Below, in pieces: positions 13,301 through 26,254 of a stretch of DNA of 64,000 nucleotides; positions within the stretch are counted from its first letter, which is position 1, and the number at the start of each line of letters is the position of its first letter. Source of the DNA: Basidiobolus meristosporus CBS 931.73 (Eukaryota; Fungi; Basidiobolomycota); contig MCFE01000291.1 of assembly GCA_002104905.1 (NCBI GenBank), positions 1 to 64,000 on the forward strand, given 5' to 3'. Below the pieces are notes generated by a model. The model searched no databases. It had not been told where the DNA came from and saw only the letters and a list, made by a program, of their open reading frames with translations. The translations under genes were made by a program, and so were the position numbers.

Positions 13301-13849
13301 AGTCAAACATGGTTTCTTAGGTTGTCTGACTTCACTATCATCACCACATTTTCGGTTGCTTGGCACATGCTTCACACTCCAGTGGCGTGATCCTTAAAAT
13401 GCCAATGACACCGCGAGTCGGCAGTGTGTGGGATACAATAAGGATACGTGCGAACGGCCGTGGAGGCTCTGCCGATGCCAATGGTATTTGTACAAAATTG
13501 GTTTTATTTCTTGTGAGCGGCGGGTGGTTTGGCTACTCATTAACGCAAAAGAAAGGTCTCTTTTTGGCTTACTCGCAGTGGGTAAATTCATTAAATTAAG
13601 TTAGGGATTCTCTCCTGACGACCGGATCTTTGACCAAAACAGTGTACAGTATGACTTTGAAAGATGTGGGGACCGGTGGTGAGACTTTAGCCAATCTACG
13701 ATGAATAAAAAGTATATGATTGTCTGGAAAGGTAGAGAGCGTGAATCAATGAAGGAAAAGAAACACCGAGAATGCAGAATTGATCATGTACAACGTATTT
13801 CAAAAAGAATTATTAACGTGGAAGGAGATGACAGGGTTACAGGTTAAGC

Positions 13850-15868
13850 TCACTTCGCTTGGTGTGCGATGTTGAACTGGTAATGCTGAGGTTGCATGTG
13901 ATGAGGCGGGATATGGCGTTCCGAGTCTGGATTGTATCCATTGGAATGATGGCCTTGCCATTGAAGGTTGCTTGAGTAATCCTGTTGATGGTACGAGGCG
14001 TTAAGATTGGCATTGTTCATACTCTCATGACCGTTGAAGCGATCCTGACTAATAGGCCCGCCTAGCTGTGACTTGTTCTCGGTGTCGTAGCTGTTGAAAG
14101 CGGAGCCGGCCATGTTTGCTGGATGTTGGTATCCACTAGTGTCTTCGGTGTTATATGCATTTCCAGAATGGTACGACCCGACGCTAGTTGTGGAGTTGTT
14201 CCGAGATCTGGACCAAGCGTCATCGGCTTCGGGTTGCACATTGTGTATGTTAAGTCCCACAGGAAGTTGGTTCATTCTTGGTAAAGACGCGTGCGATTGA
14301 CCTTGGGACCCAATATCGTTGGCAGTTGGCGAATTCAACCCCGAGTTCATACCATTCGAAAAGATCTCTGGAGTTGCATTGCTGCTCTCGGAGATTCCCG
14401 ACATCATATAAGGCGATGGATTCTGGAAGGTATTCCCGGTATTGGGGGTCGGTGGAGTCATCATCATCTGGGATGGTGAGTGGGTAGGGAATGGTGCATA
14501 GGGTGTGAAGTTGGAGTATGGTGATCCCAAGTCAGCAGACATCCTATGTTGAGCAAAATATCTACTGTCAGTGGCTGGCCCAGAGGCAAGAGGGTTGAAT
14601 CTCTCATGACTGTCGGCATAATGTCCTGGGCTGCGACCACGGACAACCAGTGGGGCTGACTGAGTAGATGCGACCTTGTATTGCTCGCCGTTGTCGCACT
14701 CTGCTAACAACTCTACAACAAGAACGTAATACTGCTGAGCGGCCCTTCTTTTACCGTTGTTGGCGGTGGCGGTTTTGAATTGAATGCGCTCGAAAGTCAC
14801 TATCGTCTGGTTGGAGCCTACGGAGCTGAGGTTCACGTTACCACCGGCTTTGATCGGTCTTGCCATGGGTGTGGTCTGGGGTCCTTTATCTCTCTTGGGT
14901 GTATGCTGGATCAGGTCAATTTTTTTATCACTGTTCGAAACACGTGCAGCAGCACCCAAGAAGAACTGGACAACTGTGTGTTGGACTCCATCGACCTCGA
15001 CAATACAAGGGCACTCGGGATCTGTAGGGGGGTGGTTCGACCCAATAAGTGAGAAGGCACTGCTAACTTGGAAGTAATTACGGCGATAGCATGTCCAATC
15101 GTTGTCAGCTAAGAAGAATCCCCGGTCAAATTTGGAGTCAATTCGGATGGAATAACTACGAAGTAAGGATAAGCATCAGAGTGGATATTTGATCGCTATT
15201 TTAGGCATCTCCACTTACTTATTAAGCTTGTCCATGCTGTATAAATTATGGTGCTGCTTGGTTTGGGTGAAATAAGGTCCAGCCTCGTTAGGGAAACCAA
15301 GAGAATCGGATCTACGCTTTCGAAGAGTAGGGTGGAATGAAGGAGCCCCATAGGACATGCTTGCCAGAGAACTGTCCAAAGAATATTTACGATCAAATTG
15401 GGGAGGGACAGCCAGGCGAGGCTTCGACATATCAAGAGGACGAGGAATTGAGCCGTTCATCGACATATAATTCGCGCTGGAAAAGCTGTCATTAGAATCA
15501 GATAAGGTGGAGGGGGAGGGTTAGCTAACAACCAACCTCTGGTATGCCGACCTCACTGGGTCGATATCTGGCTTCTGAGGTAGTGGAGCAAGAAACATAG
15601 GGGCACCGTTTTGGTCAGCCTGATGAGATCTAAAAGCCGAAGAAGTCACTTAGCATGCGATGAAATTGGAAAGAAAGTCCGCAGCTACATACACGTTGTT
15701 GGACGGCATATGCTGTGTTTGATCCGAATAAGGGTAGCTATCAACAAAACTCTCGTTCTGTGAGTGCATCGGTGTCATATTGTGTTGAATCGGCTGATGA
15801 GGTAGAGAAATCGGTTGAAGGTGCTGAGGTTGAACTGGCCATTTGTTTTCTTGCATCATGACGGTCAT
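13850..15868 (-). CDS. NDT80: Ndt80/PhoG-family transcription factor, 4 exons inferred
   Basis: After splicing: SIRIDSKFDRGFFLADNDWTCYRRNYFQV, LIQHTPKRDKGP, FERIQFKTATANNGKRRAAQQYY, LVVRGRSPGHY (NDT80_PhoG domain). Q/H/N-rich N- and C-terminal tails; GT-AG introns near 15690-15633, 15565-15490 and 15211-15159. Confidence 0.92.
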
Positions 15869-17929
15869 GGGTGATTAGCGAATAATAGCAGTAAGAGATG
15901 TATGAGGATCAAAGATTGAAGGGGGCGAGGTCTGAGTGCGTGGAGGTTGGTTTGACGACGTATGACAAATAGAGGCAATAGAGAAAGTGAAATCACCAAG
16001 AACAAAGTCGGCAGAAGACAAAAGTCCAGTTGGTAAGTTAACGATAGGCAAATTCATGGGGCTTGGGGCTTTAAAATAGTTGGCAACTGGCACGCGAATG
16101 AACTTGTTCCGTGGGGAATTTTTCTGAGCTGAATATGGCCAATGGTAATAACAGTGCATTTCCAATTCTGGTTTTAAGAACACTTGGTAAGAAAGACATC
16201 GGACATTGAGGATATCTAGATTTGGTCAAACTACCCCAAAACTACATCATCCATATAAAACTTATTACAATCCATTGTATCACGTACAGCATATTTGTAA
16301 TACTCATCAAAGCTTGGCCAATTTTGGAAATTTCTTAGCATCTAATTATTGGACTTGTAATGAACTGTATTAGTTCCTAATAAGTATATGTCTCTGAAAA
16401 GGCAACACTTTTTATTAGAGTCCTATTTGATAAATCGTAAGTTTGAAGCGATCATACTCTATCGCCCAAGGCTCTATTATTGCAATATCAACTATTAATG
16501 ACTTCACTCGCCAATAGGAGCCTACCAATTCCTACCAATCCTCGCATTCTTTAAGCGTCCAGGAATGCCTTTTTCGTCTTAACCTAGAGGCGCTGATGCA
16601 TGACTACAAGCCTAGATATGATTAGGATTGCCATATCCGAATGTTATCTAATATAAGAATATCGCATTATAGACTGCATGTGGCGAATGAATTAAGCATA
16701 AACTAGGGTTTGGTCATTGGGAATAGCCTATAAAGAACAGGACTGTGAAAAATCCCATAGGGATAGTAAATACTGCTAGGATCCTTCAAGTCAGCATGCA
16801 TATTCAGTTGACAAATCTGAAACGGATAGAGCATTTTGATTGCGCCGGGACTTCGGGAACTCACATGCAGGCGTGAGGGCTATCTTTCGATGGTGACTTT
16901 GAAAGCGACGCAGTACCTAGTGAAAATCCAGTGCTAGTAGTACTCACGGTAATACTGATGTGTGATGCATTCTTAAGATTGATATTCAGTAGCGTAAACG
17001 CCAGTACCCTAGGTCCCATCGACAATAGGGTGCGATCCGTTTGATTAGCCGGCGCATAACATTGCTAATGTAGGAGGCGGTTGTGGCGGTTTAATGATCT
17101 GTGGGTTGGATCGTATGTATATTCCACACCAAAGAATCGTAATCACAAAGATGCCATGGAGGGGTGACTTTTTGAACCATTTGGAAGGTTTTGGTGACCA
17201 CCGTGACTTCATAAACACCTGGTACAGTGTGCTAACCTTACAAAGTGTAGTGATGCGACCCTCAAAGCTTCAGGTTTTCTTTGTATCCCGATGGGTGCAG
17301 AAAAGTCCAACGTAGGCGGTGAAATGATATAATAAAGATAAGATTATACTAAAACAATGGCTGCTGATTTTTCTTGATTAAAACGCGTGCTCTGATGGTG
17401 GGTAGTTAGGGAATTTTTGTATAGGGTATTTAGGAGAATAACTGCACATAGCTCTAAATACTGAACTCGACGATAATGTAGATGGTTTGCTACAAAGTTG
17501 ATTTTTAGATTGAAATGGCTTGCCAACAATACCCAACTTACTGCTCAAAGCTGGATGGGATTCAGTAGATTCAACTTCACTTGAACTATCATCTTGGTAA
17601 AGCTTTTAACTATTCTCATTCTGCATTGAGGGGACTCCTGGCACTCCACTTGCTTGCAGTAGGGACTACTCTATTATTCACAACATGTGAGAACAACAGG
17701 TGGTCAGACTTCTGTTGCATAGGAATACATGTGATTTGTACTCTGTTTACCATGAGAGAGTTACATGCTATCCTGAAAATATCTTTCTTGGACTAAACTG
17801 ACAAGTATTAAAATGCAGAGTATTTCTGTAGGGCTGAACACAGAGCTCCTCAAACAACCAAAGGCATGGGTGGTGTCTGTTGCTAGTAGATTAGATATCT
17901 GGGGAGAGATTTAAGCACCAATAGTTTTA

Positions 17930-18110
17930 CAAAGCCCCCACACTTTGCACACCACTTACTAAGGCCATTTTTCATCCATTAGGCTTACATAGTTCCCCCA
18001 AGGGTATAAATCTTTACTTGGGCTCAATAAAGTAACAAATGTATGTTGTGTATATCCTCTAGTTCTTAGTATACTCCCAGTACTCTCTAAAGTATTGCAA
18101 TTACTTGCAT
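17930..18110 (-). repeat. Diverged LTR-family fragment in inverted orientation
   Basis: aagccccca-cactttgcacac...gtataaat...ctcccagtactctc resembles the reverse complement of the 350-bp LTR core (gtgtgcaaagtttggggct, tatttatac). Confidence 0.5.
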
Positions 18111-18193
18111 CCCCTGGTGTTCTGATAAGTAGTTTAGTGGCAGAGTGTGGTGTGGGAAAATTAGCCTATCTGTGGTGAGCTTGTAGCACAAAT

Positions 18194-19260
18194 TGTTGTC
18201 AGAGTCTTGGACTTATTGGAAGTGATTGGAACTGCAAGTAGACTACCTTGTTTTCACTCAATAATTTATTGAAGAAAAAAGTAGTATTTATGCTTTTACA
18301 TGGTCTTGGCATAGTAAGCATGTATAGTATGCCCAGGGAGCTCCCACAAATATCTGTGCAAAGTCTGAGACTGTTTGGACAACTTCAGAATATCTCATGT
18401 TATGGGTACCTGATACTTCTGTGAGAATAGCCTAACAGAATCCCAGAATGGTATCAGGTCAGAATTCTCTGAGATTTGTAGGTAGTGATCTAAGTGACTA
18501 AGTTAGGTGACTATATAGGTGTAATACAAAATTTATAATATTCCCACTCTACAAAAAGTTCATATCAAGAAGTTGTGAATGTGATCTAAGATATTTGATT
18601 TTTCATTTCCTCATGGTTTGGTGAGTATGCTTACTATCAGTTCATCTGTAAGACAGTCAGCTTAGTTAGCTTAGTTACTCTCTATGACTTTATGTTGCAA
18701 ATGAAGTTCAATATGTAAGTGCTGAGTTTTAGCATGAAAAGTTGGATTTCTGTCTGAATGTGTACATCTTTGATTTTCTGAAAATTATTTAGTGGGGGCT
18801 TTCTGACTTAAGCCTAGGTCTTTGAAGAGCTTTCCTAGCCATGTCACTTCTTTTCTAACCTCAAAGGCTGCCATATACTATGCCTTTGTGGTGGAAAGTG
18901 CCAAGGATGGTTGCTTGCTTGAGTTCAATGAGATTGCTCCTTTACAGTAAAGGAAGTTTTGTCCTGTGGTGGATCTTCTATCTTCCAAATTTTTCCTCCA
19001 ATCAGCATCAAACTATACAAAAAAGTATTGTAGTGAGTTGTTATTGTGGTACTTCAGGCAGATATTGGCATTTCCTTTTAAGTATCTAAAACTCCACTTA
19101 ACTTCTACAATGTCATCCAACTCATTGTTCTGATTATGTTGAATGACAGCTCCCACTGAATATAGGATATATGGATATGTTTGAAGCTTGATTTACACCA
19201 ACTGCTGACCATGGATTAGTAAGAGAAGTCTGGGCTTTCAGATGGCACCAAGCTCTTTAA
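18194..19260 (-). mobile_element. Old truncated copia copy: diverged 3' LTR (18194-18540), polypurine tract and decayed RNase H/RT
   Basis: tgttgtcagagtcttgga...ataata aligns to the LTR; followed by ttcccactc (PPT on the minus strand). 18550-19260 is colinear with 37900-38610 of the intact element and has many stops. Confidence 0.88.
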
Positions 19261-19609
19261 GACTGATATAAGGCCCTGATGCTTGTCTGCCAGGCTATTC
19301 AGGAAGGTAATTATTGTTGTAAAAGTTTGTAATTGCACCTGAACATTCACCTAACTTGGTCCCTTAGATCATGATCTACAAATTTAGAGAATTCTGATCA
19401 AATTTCTTGTCAGAATTTACTTGAAATATTTTCATTAAAACATCTGATACCCAGAACATGAAGTTTCTCAAAGTTATCCAAGCGGCCCTGAATCTTGCAC
19501 ACATACTATTTGGACCTTCCAAAACATATTCTACATGTTTGGTCTGCCAACACCATTTGGAAGTATAAATATTAATCTCACATTCAATGAATCATCAGGT
19601 GAAATCTAC

Positions 19610-19930
19610 AAGTCTGGAAGGTGAAGATGAAGACACTGCTATAGGAAAGAGGCCTTTGGGATGTTGTTGTGGGAGATGAATGCCCCACTAAAGGTGTAGG
19701 TGAAGAAGCCTTAAAGTACCACTAGAAGCAACAAAGTGCCTTTAACTGCATTCACCTTAATGTAAAAGACAAATTGCTAATTCAATACACAAGAGCAAAT
19801 ACACCAAAGAATACCTAGAAATCATAAGAAGGCATCAACTAGTTGTGTTTAACTGCCAAGAAAATGTATTGTATACAAAAGTTCTTTACTATGGAGATGC
19901 CACCAGGAGAAGAAATATGAAATCAAATAA
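19610..19930 (+). mobile_element. Decayed copia gag fragment, opposite orientation to the neighbouring RT relic
   Basis: tacaagtctggaaggtgaagatgaag...gaaagaggcctttgggat...gaagaagccttaaagtacc...agtgcctttaactgcatt matches the Gag N-terminus YQVWKVKMK..ERGLWDIV..EEALKY..SAFNCI at about 41790-41480 (reverse complement). Confidence 0.88.
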
Positions 19931-19959
19931 AAAATATTTCAAGTGAATCCTAACCAAGT

Positions 19960-20760
19960 AATTGGTGCAAATTCTCTAAGATTTGAAGGTAATGCTCCAG
20001 GTGACTAAGCTAGGTGAATGTTCAGGTGCAATTACAGATTTTTATATGTTTTGGTGAACATGCTCCAAGTAAATCCCAACAAGTATCTTGGCTAAACTCT
20101 CTAAGATTTGTAGAGTATGATCTAGGTGACAAAGTTGGGTGAGTATTTAGGTGTGATTACAAAATACACAACAAAAACAAGCATAGTGGTTTGTTTAGGA
20201 ATGTCCCAACAGCATGTGTGCAAGGCTTGGGAGCCTTTGTTGTAAGAGTCTTGGAGATATTGGAAGTGATTGGGAGGACAAGTAGATTATGTGGTTTTCA
20301 CTTAATGATTTATTGGATGTAAAAGTAGTATTTATACTTTTACATGGTCTTGGCATAACAAACACGTAGAATAGGTTAAGAAAGGTCCCAAGAACATGTG
20401 TGCAAAGCTTGGGGCTGTTTGGACAACTTATCAAATTTTCATGTTCTGGGTACCTGGTATTTTGGTGAAAATATTCAAAGTAAATCCCGACAAGGAATTT
20501 GGTCAGTATTCTCTAGGATTTGAGGGTAATGATCTAAGTGACTAAGTTAGGTGAATATTTAGGTGGAATTCCGAATTTTTACAACAGCCTTTAGCCAACT
20601 TTGAGGTTTTTCATTTCCTAGGTACCTAATGTTTTGGTAGAATATCTTCTGTAAGTCCTAACAAAGAATTTTGGCAAGATACACATATATGTAGACTATG
20701 ATCTAATTGACCAAGTCAATAGGATAATTAGGTGTATTTTTAAAATCCACAACAATAAAT
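19960..20760 (-). repeat. Cluster of old LTR pieces: two consecutive LTR 3' halves and one old LTR split by a solo LTR
   Basis: Repeated ctctaagattt...gtgactaag..taggtga..tttaggtg..tacaa motifs at about 19970-20040 and 20050-20172. Sequence at 20185-20237 joins 20592-20755 to rebuild an LTR core. Confidence 0.75.
20238..20586 (-). mobile_element. Solo LTR (349 bp) with perfect 5-bp TSD GCCTT
   Basis: Begins TGTTGTAAGAG and ends TTTTTACAACA; GCCTT at 20233-20237 and 20587-20591; highly similar to the LTRs at 37538 and 41875. Confidence 0.95.
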
Positions 20761-20985
20761 TGGTGTTAAACTAATTTGAAGAAATACCAAAGGATTCATT
20801 CAATTTGAATCATAGCTTACAATTTACCCCAAATAGTCAAGGTTAGCAAAAGACCACAATGAAAGTGCAATAGCTGGTTCTATTTTGCCTTCATTCAGGC
20901 TGATCTACTACATATATTCAATATTGAATAAGCCCGATTAATATCAAAACACTCCTGAAGCAAAACCTATATATTGCATAATCAT

Positions 20986-22344
20986 CTACAACACAGTTGT
21001 CTCGCATGTGTTCATATTAACAAAGGATATATTTCCTTGACTAGCTATAGCAAACAGAACTTCCCCACTGGGCTCTTCAAAACTGATCATACGCCTCATT
21101 GCCAAAGGGTTGGGTATTTCGTCCTCAAATCTACAAAGAAGAAAGTCAGCAAGATAATTAGCATAACTGCCATTTTAGAGAGTTACCTTTGAACAATGAT
21201 ATGAAAGCTGGCGGAACCTGGGTCTTTCTTTCTAAACGTAGGCAGGGGTTTGTAGACATCGTAATCAATCGATACTTTCTCTACCCCAGTCAGAGAGTCC
21301 CATTGGTTTGAGGCGAAGGAGGAGGACAGATACTCTGGAGACTTGGACCTCAAGTTCTTGAAAATATGCTCTATCAAGATATGCAAGTTAGATAAAAATC
21401 ATCCAAATCACATAGTCGTACTTCTACCATATGTTTGATTAGTTAGTGTTATGGGTACTTCAGAGAAGTTAGGAAGAAGCTTCAGGATTGCCTCATAAAT
21501 TGCAGAGGCATATTGTCCAAATGCAGCAAATCTAGCTGTTCCTTCATTCGACATCTCTGCAGGCATGTTATTATGACCAACATTTCGAGCGTACATATGT
21601 GAATATGTACCTGACGCGCTAGACGTTTCTTCCTCACTCCTTGATGGCTTAAGGGCAATATATCCCAATCTTTTTAGATACGCATATACCTAATAAATTT
21701 CGTTCGTTAACAAGGAAGTCACTGAGGTTTAAGGAGTAATACCAACTTGATATTTTTCAAAAGGACAGGACTGAGACAGCAGTGTGGCATAACCTTGCTG
21801 CAATGACATTGGGACGTTGTGATGCAGGATTATCAGCGCGCCTCTCTCTAATAAAAACAATGCTTCTTCCGGATGCAAGAAGATTTTGGCTTTTTCATTA
21901 TATCCCATTGTGTTAAATTGGGTTCCTTTCTTCACGGTGATTTCTACTCTATTCTCAAGAGGTAGCCATATCCCTTGACTCAGCTGACTTGTATTGCATA
22001 AAGCGGAGTCAGTAACACTCGACAAAGTTGTAATTTTGCTGAATACTAACGTATTTGGGATCCGCTCCTCTGATATCACCTCTTGTAATGCTTTCCGCGC
22101 CTCTTTGAGATTTTCCTCGTGTATATCTGAGCCGTCAGGCGCAAAATCTTTCGAACCACGCTTGGGAATGTTGGAGCTACCGCCCTTACTACAGACAGAT
22201 CAGAATCACTTACATGACGAATGAGGCTCGCACATTTCTCACTGAGAAGAAGGAACAAGTGTATGGGTCTCTTGAGATAACGTTACATTACCTTCCCTTC
22301 CCTAATAAAACTCGAAAATCAACCGACTCCTCTTCAAGCTCCAT
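20986..22344 (-). CDS. SEN54: tRNA splicing endonuclease subunit Sen54, multi-exon
   Basis: Exons read MELEEESVDFRVLL, IPKRGSKDFAPDG, GTQFNTMG...LHPEEALFLLERG...PMSLQQGY...KYQV, YAYLKRLGYIAL and VLFAIASQGNISFV; these match the Sen54 N- and C-terminal motifs. Confidence 0.85.
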
Positions 22345-22639
22345 AGTCGTGTTACAGTAGACCGAATCAAAGAAATTACAAGCATCTTCGTTGATTCTGG
22401 TGGATATTTTCATTAGTCGGTTTTTCTCGAATCATTATACATGTTACGAAACAGATGAATATTATACTCTACTTAAGCTCAATCATATTCAACTAAAGTG
22501 ATTACTCACGATTGCTTAATCATGATATTTCATGAAAATCTTTGTCGAGTAGACCAATCACAGAGCACAGCTTTTTGAATATAGCCCGAAGAAGCCTGCA
22601 TCTCTTCTTTCTTTCTATTCCAACAGTTGCCAATTTAAT
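22345..22639. promoter_or_regulatory. Candidate bidirectional promoter between SEN54 and RPS30
   Basis: Only about 295 bp separate the two divergent start codons (22344 minus, 22640 plus). Confidence 0.55.
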
Positions 22640-22969
22640 ATGGTTAGTGAGCTTTCTTTGTATCAGTAACTCATATGTGTGAACATCCATCGATACGACA
22701 TGCTCCAGATTCGAATACAACTGCCTACAAGCCCCCCCCAAAGCAACATCATACTTAGCATTATATGTATATAGGGTAAAGTACACGGTTCCCTCGCTCG
22801 TGCTGGTAAAGTAAAGTCTCAGTGCCCCAAGGTCGAAAAGCAGGAGAAGAAGAAGAAGAAGACCGGTCGTGCCAAGAAGAGAATCCAATACAACCGCCGT
22901 TTCGTCAACGTCACCAACCTCATTGGTGGCAAGCGTAGAATGAACCCTGCCCCTACTTCCGACAAATAA
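22640..22969 (+). CDS. RPS30: 40S ribosomal protein eS30 (S30); exon 1 is ATG only, intron 22643-22774
   Basis: ATG|GTTAGT...TATAG|GGTAAAGTACACGGT gives [55 protein letters not shown] (65 aa). Missed by the ORF track. Confidence 0.96.
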
Positions 22970-24741
22970 GTTGACTTCCCTTGGGTGAAATGATACCTTG
23001 TTGAAGTAACTTTTATTCAGCGGCTGTTTATATTATCTTTCGTTATCAAAACTGCGCAGTTTTCAATAAATGCCAGGTACACACTACCTGCAGGTTATTT
23101 ATATTACTATTGAATCGAAGTGTGAAGGGCAACTCCAGTCAAATACTTTATTGAAGTGGCCATATTTATCGTGTGGTAAATGCATCTTGAAATGTGAACG
23201 GCTAGTTGTCAGAATGCCTCACAAATCACAACACCGATACAATGGAGCAGTAAATATGTGAATTTTCCGGAGGCCAAAGTACGAATGGTGGTGAGGGTTG
23301 CGGAGGGTGTTGGGAAGTTTGGAGGAATTCTGGTGAGTTACATACGTTACCACTTCCTTCCTACTGACTTTTGAACGCAGTTTTTGAAAGCCTGAAATTC
23401 GGTCCCGCAAATGTCTCGACGTGTTTCGTTCAAATGATTTGAGATGCACTTGCCGTACAAAGTCATCTGAAAGTTACTGGCGTTAGTGGCTACCTCTCAG
23501 CTATAGGATCGGCGTGTGCTTACCTCAGGAACACATTTACCAATAGCACCTGTAAGCTTGGTAACTGATTGTGAAGTGGACTTTGGCAAAGTCATATTAG
23601 AATCTAGTTGGGTCAAGTCAAGAGTGGTGTGCAGATTACTCTATGATGTGACAAAATTTTCCCCATGTGGCTACCATGTAGGATTTCTTTAGCATGTATG
23701 CTCGCATAGTCGATTCGAATAAGCTGATTGGCCCCAATCTACCATTATCCTGAATGGACTGAGGAGCGGTGATTTCTGTGTAAATAGATCAGTATCTCTC
23801 GACATTGATTTCACTACAGAGGTTTCCTATGGTAGTACCAAGGCTATCGATAGCCTTAGCAACGCAGAACTGATATTAGCGCACTGCTCCCTGACGATTG
23901 ACTATTACCAGCGTCAAGGGTTTGTAGTCGTTTGCATCATTCTCACTCAAGTGATAAATGTTTGTTAGTGGCAGCTCAGTGTTTCTCTAACAATCCACAA
24001 GTATTTATGTTCAACCTCATCCATATTGAATGCCTAGGATTTGACTGATTTGGAATTGTAAGCAATCAAGAGTCACAATTTGTCGGATTCCCTGACCCAA
24101 AAGTGGCATTATTGGTCGTCGTAGTCGTTGGATATGACTAGCAAGGGCTACCAATAATACCCCAAGTATTGGCACCTTGTAACTCATCGAATCGTAAGCG
24201 TGACACAGTCACTTCACACCTTTAGAACCATTGCGTGATGCAAATAGCACCACAGCACTGGAGTCTGCATCGACTGATTTGTTGCGTTATCCTCATTGAT
24301 GCCAGCAGAGGCCCAGCAGCTTAGAATATTTAAATTGGTTACACGCATGCCGCTAACGTACTAAATCCACTTTTGCATACTCACCGGGTGGCTGCAGCGT
24401 GAGAGTGGGTAATTGGGAATTTCTTAAGCAAGCATGACCTTGCATTTAGCGGATTCATTGGAGAGGACTGGTATTTGTGATCCGATCTTGTTTGTTCTTC
24501 AATCATACCTACAACCTAGTGACTACCTTCCAATAGCTTGATCTCATAGTTGGATTCCTCAGGAGAGAATCAAGATTCCACAACAGGTCACTCTTTTTTG
24601 AAACCTGTGGGTTCAGGGTTCTCTCGAGATAAATGCTTGAGAGAACCCACTGAAGATTTGATAGTCCCTTCTCATCCATCTGTCTTCGCTAGGGGTATCA
24701 CGACGCTGCCAACAATTTACCAATCCAAAGCTTAGTATTCC

Positions 24742-26254
24742 ATGTCAACTGACGGTGTGCATTCGGTAGCTGAGGGCAGTCTCAATAATGAAGTCTCTCC
24801 ATTGATTGCCAAGGCGACCTATTCAAATGCTGTAGAGAATTTGACTCCGTATGCCTTGTTCGTCGCTGGCTCCCTGGCACTGGGCTCCTTTCAGTTCGGG
24901 TATCATATTGGTGAATTAAACACTCCTCAAGACGTAATCTCCTGTATATCGGTCCCAAAGAACCCGGAAGCCGTTTTTAGCCTTCCTCCATGTATACCCA
25001 TGTCTGAAACTCAATTTGCCTTCGCGGCTTCAATCTTCATTGTTGGTGGCCTAATAGGAAACCTTGTGGCCGCGGATCTAACTAGCTACTTCGGTAGAAA
25101 GAAAACTCTCGTATACAATACTGCTTTCCATATTGTTGGCACTCTACTACTAGGCCTATCCTACGATATTCTCTCGCTTTATACTGGCCGCTTTTTGGTC
25201 GGTATTGGGTGTGGAATTTCCATAGTGGTAGTGCCAGTTTATCTGATTGAAATTGCACCTAGCTCCTATCGAGGACTATTTGGTATGCTTTCTATCATTT
25301 TTTTCTTTGTCATCTAATTAACTTCGGATTATGTCAATAGGCGTGTTCCATCAGATTGGTGTCGTTGGGGGTATCTTAGTGTCCCAAATCCTTGGTTTGT
25401 TCTTCTCAAATGTCCCTGGATGGAGATTTATTCTTTCTTTTTGTTTGATAATCTCTGCCATACAGCTTGTTACCTTCCCGTTCATTGTATGTTCACCACG
25501 CCATTTGTTTACTCTTCCCAACGGGGCTGAGGCAGCCAGAGCTGCTTTAAGTAAACTACGTGGCACTGATGATATTGAGCATATCCTCGCAGATTGGGAA
25601 AAGGAAGATTCGAGAGTCGAAACCGGAAAAGTCTCATTCTATCAAATCTTTACTCAATCTACATACGTCCGTCCGTTACAAATTTTGTTCCTGGTTCACT
25701 TTACGCAACAATTCTCTGGCATCAACTCTGTCATGAATTATTCGACACCCATTCTTCGAGCCAGTTTTCCCGAGACGGCCAAATATATCACCGTGTTGAT
25801 TAACGTTGGTAATTTTGTTCTCACCCTTCTTTCTGGTTACATTATCGAAAGAATTCCACGTCGGCAATTATTCTTCATATCCACTGCGTTGACCGGACTA
25901 TCATGCGCTACACTCTCTTTTGCGCTGTACTTCAATTACAACTATCTTGCAGTGGTGGCAATCATTTCAGTGGTGGCTAGTTTTGCCGTTGGTTTAGGCC
26001 CGCTTCCGTTTATAATACCAATGGAAATATTCAACACTCAAGCAGCTGCCACTGCCTCCTCTTTGGGCCTGATCGCAAACAATGCTGGAAGCTTCATTGT
26101 TGTCTCAATATTCTTCACTCTGCAAAACTGGTTCGGATCCGGAGCTTTCCTTGTCTTCGCTGTTTACCTATTGTTTGCATTCATTGTTTCTTACAAGATT
26201 CTTCCCGAGACTAAGGGAAAATCCCCGGAAGCCATTGCGTCGGAGTGGTTATGA
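24742..26254 (+). CDS. MFS sugar porter, GLUT/SLC2A-like; one intron 25283-25340
   Basis: GSFQFGYHIGELNTP, FGRKKTL, GRFLVGIGCG, EIAPSSYRGLFG, QQFSGINSVMNY, GLGPLPF, PETKGKS; about 12 hydrophobic segments. Confidence 0.93.

Noticed and set aside
14094-15077. Several plus-strand ORFs over NDT80, and similar short ORFs over other genes
   Set aside because: Antisense or alternate-frame shadows of well-supported genes.
22216-22240. Possible cassette microexon in SEN54 intron 1
   Set aside because: The downstream intron would be only about 25 nt; a single intron of about 100 nt keeps the frame.
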